A stretch of DNA of 32,000 nt, taken from Ferrovum sp. PN-J185. GTDB taxonomy: Bacteria > Pseudomonadota > Gammaproteobacteria > Burkholderiales > Ferrovaceae. The position numbers and the translations under genes are program-made. Below, piece after piece: positions 27,501 through 32,000 of this stretch (within the stretch, counting starts at the first letter, position 1; each line of letters starts with the position of its first letter). The stretch lies in contig NZ_LQZA01000004.1 of the NCBI RefSeq assembly GCF_001581925.1, forward strand, positions 49,764 through 81,763, given 5' to 3'. A model generated the notes under the pieces. That model had not been told where the DNA came from, ran no database searches, and saw only the letters and a list, made by a program, of their open reading frames with translations.

Positions 27501-28493
27501 ATTCTCATCCAATACTTTGGAGGCAGCCTCACCAAGATAAGCGAAAGGATTTCTAAGAAAGGCTTCAGCCTTACTACCAGCAACTTTGCGCCCATCAAAT
27601 TGTGTTTTGATAACCGTTAGAACATCTCGTATCGCCTCAGGAAAAATGACCCTTGTTCTGCCTGTAGCCGTTGGAAAATCACTGTGTTCAGGAATGAATT
27701 TGAATGAATCAAATTGCCCCATCCAATCATCAGGTGCCCCATCAAAATATGGTTCAATTGTGACAACACTGGTTCCCAGAGCTTGCGCTCTGATGTAACG
27801 CATCTTTAGCAAGCTTGGAACTAAAACAATGGTTGCAGCCAAATAAGGTGAAAGCTCTGCCTTTGCTAACAAGGCGAATTTGCGAGCCTCACCCCACAAT
27901 ATTTCATTTTCAGATTGAGAGCGTGACTGGGCTTCAAATCCATGATTGCGACTAATAAAGTCTATTAATTGCCAAGAATCCTTTGATTGAAGTGAGTAAG
28001 TAGACCCATCAACAAAAGCACCTCCAAGCCACTTTCTAACTCTAATGCTACGGCCTGAAACCTCTCGCCAACCATCAATTCTTAACCTAAAGAACTTATC
28101 TGCAACTGTTCCATCTTCCCCAAGAATTGGGATTGAATGATCAATCTTTGGAAGCGACAGCAGATATAGAGAATCTTCATGTTCAGCATCTTCGAATAAA
28201 GCGTAAAGATCAGACCAAGGAATAGCTATCTCGGAATTATTGAATGCTGCCACGCCATCGGACACTAGCTGAGCAAGGTAAATTAACTGCTGACTACCAG
28301 AAACAGGATCGGTTGCAATATCCATTAACTGACTCGAGGCACTTAACCCGATATTAACGTCAATAAGGTAAGAGATCCTATCGTTAGAAAATGCAGGTTG
28401 AATTAACTTTTGGGAAGATGGATTATTACCCATTTCCTCGAAAACATTTTTAACTTCGGGACGTGATTTAAAAAGCCTGCTAAGAAAATTCAT
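24498..28493 (-). CDS. zorD: ZorD-like SNF2-family helicase fused to a C-terminal Mrr-type PD-(D/E)xK nuclease, 1331 aa
   Basis: SNF2 motifs are present: LADDMGLGKT (res 683-692), DEAQ (res 805-808, DNA 26070-26081), ACTGTPVEN and QATDRAYRIGQ. The C-terminal nuclease-like block is GDGGIDIVV...ICQCKY (res about 1216-1238). It sits after zorC with a TGATG stop-start overlap. Confidence 0.85.
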   Translation of the reverse strand: MNFLSRLFKSRPEVKNVFEEMGNNPSSQKLIQPAFSNDRISYLIDVNIGLSASSQLMDIATDPVSGSQQLIYLAQLVSDGVAAFNNSEIAIPWSDLYALFEDAEHEDSLYLLSLPKIDHSIPILGEDGTVADKFFRLRIDGWREVSGRSIRVRKWLGGAFVDGSTYSLQSKDSWQLIDFISRNHGFEAQSRSQSENEILWGEARKFALLAKAELSPYLAATIVLVPSLLKMRYIRAQALGTSVVTIEPYFDGAPDDWMGQFDSFKFIPEHSDFPTATGRTRVIFPEAIRDVLTVIKTQFDGRKVAGSKAEAFLRNPFAYLGEAASKVLDENQIQEAKEEAGIFSTRISLFPDISKGAIESVTASVYQNLEDGMAKADRSIISTAHELNLLIQEIESALSEERQFFTWRNFVIDVDGDLYQTLDSAKAWFNVWKDQVKNFIDFNDIYALDNYGGRIDGIGVAKPIYSAYIKKEGGDDSSWAPPLLGVSLTPGSAPVFIAVDEIWVTEFEAKIEQAKAAGVDKVADPRLPIPLSIPEAIDLVKDLKVLLGIIGSGGDPLPPDPTPPGPTPPGPTPPGPTPPGPTPPGPTPPGPTPPGPTPPSPNPPGKGRKETLLVKVNITQLDYSETAAEEMRAAILKVPEGFSPQLPTDLKSEIKLKKHQLDGLAWMQYLYSKAPEYCRGALLADDMGLGKTLQLLSLLSWFYERNPEAPPSLIVAPPVLMQNWKNEARNFFNNFPEILLLHAEGLSARRQPKQFIDQSLLDKKIVNLLTPNWLGSAKVVLTTYETVRDYEFSLARQEFTFMICDEAQKIKTPNAQSTTAAKKQKAKFRIACTGTPVENSLADLWCLFDFIQPGLLGALDEFGRTYRKPIEAKEAGDEKAAEVIEHLRAIVSPQILRRMKSDIADELPQKILVSNDEYEFDGALRKRLSVPISNHQRNLYAQGLRQIAAAAQEKDAKRRSNVSFAVLHFVRALCSEPYCLPKTTFTIDVNGIDAHLNNAPKLKWLLSTLELIAQKQEKVIIFTDIKEIQRSLVMFIRKRFDFSAQIINGDIDDRQDLIDAFQSREGFGVIILSPLAVGFGVNIVSANHVIHFTRTWNPAKEGQATDRAYRIGQTKDVYVYCPTITAEDFVTFDAKLDRLMTLKMDLAGDMLDGVGSDIPTGTLMPDSGPGGIQVDADKLVDISRVDTLDGATFEVFCQLLFGAYPNKAYITQKQRGDGGIDIVVIGNDGKGMICQCKYSMQDELGWDAVKEVAAGSPAYQARHPGVMFQKVAITNQKFNSTAIQQANTLGVKLIGRAELIELLNKVKLKQLALDEEIFKFYMNTSKFSANV
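26676..26831. repeat. GC-rich in-frame tandem repeat encoding the (PTPPG)n linker of ZorD
   Basis: There are three perfect 30-bp units, ggagttgggccaggtggtgtcggccctgga, at 26701-26730, 26731-26760 and 26761-26790. Degenerate copies lie on both sides. The protein reads DPTPPG(PTPPG)x7 PTPPSPNPPG, residues about 555-606. Confidence 0.9.
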
Positions 28494-29974
28494 CAGAAAT
28501 ATTTGTCAATTGAAAATGTGGTTGTTCCTGAACCCACTTTACCAGCTCGGACATCATCAAAGATGCCAAATGCAGGCAATTGATAGGTTCTAGCTTTATA
28601 TTGCCATCCCTCTCTATGAACTATGTCAGGACCTTTGGCGCTACCAGTGTAATAACGCTCTTTTAAGCCTCTTTGGCTAGTTGAGGCATCAAGACTAACG
28701 GCATTTACATTAAATGTGTTTTCCCCTTTTTGATAGATGTAGCATCCACCATGGGGATTAAATTCAACAATTAAATGTCCGCTAATTTCCATAATGAATG
28801 CATCTAGCGAAGACTCGCCTTTCGCCCCCATTAGATTGGCATATGACTCGACATCATTTTTAAAGTGCTCTTTTAACTCTGGATGTGCCGTCAAATATCT
28901 GCGCATATCCTCGCCCAATACAAGTCGAGTAAAGGTTATTTGATTTATATATTGCATCCAAAAATCAACTCTTCCATGTAGATCTGGAACACCACGGCGC
29001 TTAAGTAACTCAAAGAACAGCCTTAGATTGGCCTCTTGTACCCAAGTTAAAACCATTCGCCAAGTTGGCTCTGACACGTGAATCCATTTGGAAGCTCCTG
29101 TATTTCGTAGCTTGGGACTCTTCCATGTTTCTAGGGCAAATTCTTTGAGCTCCCTGTGAACCCGTATATCTGAGGAAGCCCGATATCTATCCAATAAGGC
29201 ACGCAGTCCATTATCTAAATAGGATGGATGCCTTTTAAGTAGGGCAATAATAAGTGGGATAGATTCTTTAAACTTAGCATCTGATTGAGATAACGAAGCC
29301 TTTAAGCATGACTTAAAAAATTCCTCCCAAAACCAACTTGTATCCGGAATATGCAACTCCTGCTTAATTTGCTTAACCCGAACCTCACTTCCGGCAAGCC
29401 ACTCAGCGCCATAAACCTCGCATGGTGACTCACCAAGCAAATGCTGATTTGCCTCAATACTTTTCATCCAATTAGTTGAGAAAGCTGCATTCTTTTTTAC
29501 ATCTGGCCAAGTTTTAACTAGGAAGCTCCTTATAGCTCGCTGGGAGCTAAAGAAACTATCCCCTTGGTAATTCAGCTTTTGCGCCTGAAAATAAGATTGA
29601 AAAACGCCGAACCAAAATATTCCATCAATCTCATCACTTTCAAACTCTTTTGCATAACGATCCAAAAGAGACCTTAGCTTTTCAGAAGCTGAGGCAACAG
29701 ATATGCCGCCTAATTCAGAAATGGGTTTTGTTAAAACAAATGAGATGATTTCATACTCGCCAACATCACCATTTAACGAGCCATCAAGAAAGTTACGTGC
29801 TGCAGCATAAGCAACTTCATCTTTTGGTTTCAAGATGAAAGTAAATTCATCAGTTATTTTTTTATGGATTTTAGAAAGCTTGGGATAACTCTCCCCACGA
29901 TCACTCTTCAATTCATATTGAAAAGTACTATTTAAATCAGCAAGTGAATTTTTTAATAGGTCTGTGAAGGACAT
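28493..29974 (-). CDS. zorC: ZorC-like protein (candidate EH-signature family), 493 aa
   Basis: The call rests on position (between MotB-like zorB and SNF2 zorD), overlapping junctions with both neighbours, and a size close to known ZorC. I cannot confirm the EH-signature domain itself by eye. Confidence 0.6.
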   Translation of the reverse strand: MSFTDLLKNSLADLNSTFQYELKSDRGESYPKLSKIHKKITDEFTFILKPKDEVAYAAARNFLDGSLNGDVGEYEIISFVLTKPISELGGISVASASEKLRSLLDRYAKEFESDEIDGIFWFGVFQSYFQAQKLNYQGDSFFSSQRAIRSFLVKTWPDVKKNAAFSTNWMKSIEANQHLLGESPCEVYGAEWLAGSEVRVKQIKQELHIPDTSWFWEEFFKSCLKASLSQSDAKFKESIPLIIALLKRHPSYLDNGLRALLDRYRASSDIRVHRELKEFALETWKSPKLRNTGASKWIHVSEPTWRMVLTWVQEANLRLFFELLKRRGVPDLHGRVDFWMQYINQITFTRLVLGEDMRRYLTAHPELKEHFKNDVESYANLMGAKGESSLDAFIMEISGHLIVEFNPHGGCYIYQKGENTFNVNAVSLDASTSQRGLKERYYTGSAKGPDIVHREGWQYKARTYQLPAFGIFDDVRAGKVGSGTTTFSIDKYF

Positions 29975-30702
29975 ACGCCAAAATCTTTTCCAGATAAATC
30001 AATCGTAGATTCCTCTTGCCTCTTTTTATCGTCACCCAACTGCCAGAATTCAAGCTTTAACTCAGCCCGCCGACTTTCTTCATCGCTTCTTTTCTGCGAG
30101 TTAAATGAAAAGCCGCCGACAAGAAAAAGGCTTTTAACTTGATTTTTATCATCTAGCGATAATCCGCCAGTTCCATCAGGATCGGTTTTGGCGAGTTCGC
30201 AAATAACCTCTTTACTGCGCTTTAACGACAGGTCTAAGTTAGTCATATAGTTACCAGTTTTACTGGTATACCCCTCAACTATCACCCTTCTGAAAAACTG
30301 CTTACATTCATTATTCTTAACTGTTTTAAGTACTGTTGGGATATAGTCCCTTAAGAACTTTGAGGCTTCTGAACTAATTCCGTGCTTGCCATCATCAAAT
30401 TTAACGATTGACCCCAAATCAATCCGTATTGCATCTCCCTTGCTATATTCAATACGAGCCTGACCAGGAAAGCGTTGGTTTGCAATTCCTTGAAGATCTT
30501 TTGCGCAAGCTGAAATCGTTGCCTCTCTGGCTGCTTCGGCAGCATATTGATTTTCATACTTCTTTTTCAACATCACAATTGTTACCGCCATAACTACTAG
30601 AAAAAGTGTCATGCATGCAGTCATTAGATCTGAATAGGAAATCCAAAAGGGCTTCTCACCTTCATCCTTGTACGACTTCTTGGAAGATCTTTGGTTAAAC
30701 AT
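29953..30702 (-). CDS. zorB: ZorB: MotB-like stator subunit with an OmpA-like peptidoglycan-binding domain
   Basis: It has a single N-terminal TM segment preceded by the MotB-type motif FWISYSDLMTACMTLFLVV (conserved Asp at residue 25). The C-terminal OmpA-like block is VEGYTSKTGNYMTNLDLSLKRSKEV. A 1-nt stop-start overlap links it to zorA. Confidence 0.8.
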   Translation of the reverse strand: MFNQRSSKKSYKDEGEKPFWISYSDLMTACMTLFLVVMAVTIVMLKKKYENQYAAEAAREATISACAKDLQGIANQRFPGQARIEYSKGDAIRIDLGSIVKFDDGKHGISSEASKFLRDYIPTVLKTVKNNECKQFFRRVIVEGYTSKTGNYMTNLDLSLKRSKEVICELAKTDPDGTGGLSLDDKNQVKSLFLVGGFSFNSQKRSDEESRRAELKLEFWQLGDDKKRQEESTIDLSGKDFGVCPSQTY

Positions 30703-32000
30703 TATTCAGACTTTTTAAGCTTGGCGACTGACATCAGCATTGACTGAACTGCACCCTCTAAGGCGCTTAAGGAGCCCGTTAACAAAGTATCAGACGACAC
30801 TTTGAGCGCCTCGACCTGGGCTACCATTTCCTGCCCAAACTGCTGGAATGATCCCTTGAGTACCGAATTAACTTGATTTAAATAGTCAGTACTTTGCTTT
30901 TCAGCAGTTTGCAATGAACCTAAAATTCTCTCCAGATCTGAAAGCATTTGCGTGCTTAATCCAGCTTCTTTTTTTGCGTTTTCCACAAGAGCTTGAAGCT
31001 GGAGCACGTAACCCTGAACAGATTCCCGAGACTCATCATATTTCTCGAATGCAGTTCTTACCGATGCAGAAGCCATTTGAAGCGTAGAGGCTGTTTGCTC
31101 TAATTGATCAGTTACCACACGACTCTTATCAAATACACCTCCGATACTATCGCCAGCCTTAGTGAATCGATCTGCTGCATCACGCATCACAAGAGCTCCG
31201 TCATTCATTCCGGATATTGCAACGGTGGCAGCATTTTGAATGGCTTTAATATTTTCCTCGGTCTTAAAAGCAGCATCCTTCACATCGCCCATTAACTGAA
31301 CAACGTTATCAGTTAAGCCGCTATAGAGACCTTCTGTTTCTGCCACTAAGCGCTCTGCCCGGGCCTTATCTGCTACAGCCTGATTCTCTCTTTCTGCAGA
31401 AATTACGGAGATTGATTTCTCAAGCTCAGATAAGATTTTTTGCATAGTCTCATCCATTGCCTGCTTCGTTTGATTTTGCTGCTCAAGGATTAACTTACGC
31501 AACTCCTCAACAAAACTGCGCAACTGTTGGTTCATCTGCTCTTGTGCAAGAGCAGCCTTAGACATTGACTCCTCCATCTTCGCAGACATTTCAGATGTGG
31601 CTTTTTGACCAGCGCCTGAGATATCCGTAATCAAACGAGTCATTGCCTCTTGAACCATAGTCATAGAGTCAGATGACTTCTGAATTGCTGTATTGATATT
31701 CTGAATTTGAGATCCAAAGGTCTCATCAATTTTTGCCATAAATGCGCTCAGTAAATTCTCCAGCATGCCTGTTACAGCACCACCCTGCTCACCCGATGCT
31801 CTAGCAACGACCTCCATCAGATCCTTCATCGGAGCATCTAGACTCTCTTTAATAGCACCCGATACCTGTGATGAGAAGTTTTGTGCTGACTGAAGCTGAG
31901 CATTGATTTGTTTATCTGCTACCTCATGCATTAACTGCTTTAAATCATCAATTAATGCATCCTTAAGGCTTGCTGTATTGGCTGAGCTTTTCTCAGAGGC
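30702..32000 (-). CDS. zorA: ZorA, C-terminal coiled-coil tail only; the N-terminal MotA-like part lies outside the window
   Basis: The reading frame stays open past the track ATG at 31931 up to the window edge (...ASEKSSANTASLKDALIDDLKQL-MHEV...). The visible 432 codons are Q/E/A/S-rich and heptad-like, resembling an MCP signalling domain, with no TM segment. It lies directly upstream of zorB. Confidence 0.7.
   Translation of the reverse strand, partial: ASEKSSANTASLKDALIDDLKQLMHEVADKQINAQLQSAQNFSSQVSGAIKESLDAPMKDLMEVVARASGEQGGAVTGMLENLLSAFMAKIDETFGSQIQNINTAIQKSSDSMTMVQEAMTRLITDISGAGQKATSEMSAKMEESMSKAALAQEQMNQQLRSFVEELRKLILEQQNQTKQAMDETMQKILSELEKSISVISAERENQAVADKARAERLVAETEGLYSGLTDNVVQLMGDVKDAAFKTEENIKAIQNAATVAISGMNDGALVMRDAADRFTKAGDSIGGVFDKSRVVTDQLEQTASTLQMASASVRTAFEKYDESRESVQGYVLQLQALVENAKKEAGLSTQMLSDLERILGSLQTAEKQSTDYLNQVNSVLKGSFQQFGQEMVAQVEALKVSSDTLLTGSLSALEGAVQSMLMSVAKLKKSE

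Larger units (their letters stand above)
17864..32000. mobile_element. tRNA-associated genomic (defence) island; the right end lies outside the window
   Basis: It begins at the tRNA 3' fragment. Its content switches from housekeeping genes to a recombinase, unknowns and a defence operon. For a minus-strand tRNA the intact gene is expected at higher coordinates, beyond 32000. Confidence 0.7.

Noticed and set aside
148-31295. Numerous 60-130-aa ORFs antisense to or nested in large genes, for example 148-417, 504-704, 1023-1214, 8725-8916, 8903-9286, 9998-10189, 10437-10682, 10992-11183, 15478-15708, 16316-16507, 18790-18990, 19198-19413, 19553-19765, 20212-20412, 20757-20963, 21183-21542, 22147-22389, 23279-23572, 23794-24039, 24639-24896, 25426-25689, 25583-25786, 25885-26073, 26146-26388, 27410-27598, 27586-27798, 30351-30557, 30408-30593 and 31104-31295
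   Set aside because: Each lies within a longer ORF that has recognisable motifs or clear operon context. Their translations are low-complexity or Cys/Ser/Leu-rich, as is typical of shadow frames.

Overview
The window is AT-rich and has gammaproteobacterial-type gene order. Legionellales is my guess at the lineage, but I cannot verify it without a search. It splits into two parts.

(1) Positions 1-17.8 kb are ordinary core chromosome: the aceE 3' part, sodB, an AddA/AddB-like helicase-nuclease pair, fdxA, trxA, rho, rpmE, an ArnT-like GT39 membrane glycosyltransferase, hrpA, a secreted FKBP PPIase and an MBL-fold hydrolase. This part ends with a ParD-like antitoxin and a start-frameshifted RelE/ParE toxin.

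(2) At 17819-17863 a 45-nt 3' fragment of a tRNA(CAU) gene, with its own terminator, marks the distal att end of a genomic island. The island runs to the right edge of the window.

The island carries:
- a three-gene minus-strand cluster: a GNAT acetyltransferase plus two unknowns
- a putative HTH protein convergent with a short, FimB/FimE-sized tyrosine recombinase that is flanked by three copies of an ATGGC-N6-GCCA(T/C)-type site
- a strongly acidic 224-aa protein
- a 660-bp divergent intergenic region with an iteron-like TTTCGCT array
- three small plus-strand genes
- a translationally coupled five-gene minus-strand operon

I read that operon as a type I Zorya anti-phage system. It comprises a zorA tail (cut by the window edge), MotB/OmpA-like zorB, zorC, and a 1331-aa zorD with an unknown N-domain, a (PTPPG)n linker, an SNF2 motor and an Mrr-type nuclease. 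A fifth, uncharacterised 138-aa ORF is coupled to zorD.

All calls come from reading the ORF translations and the DNA. No database search was possible.
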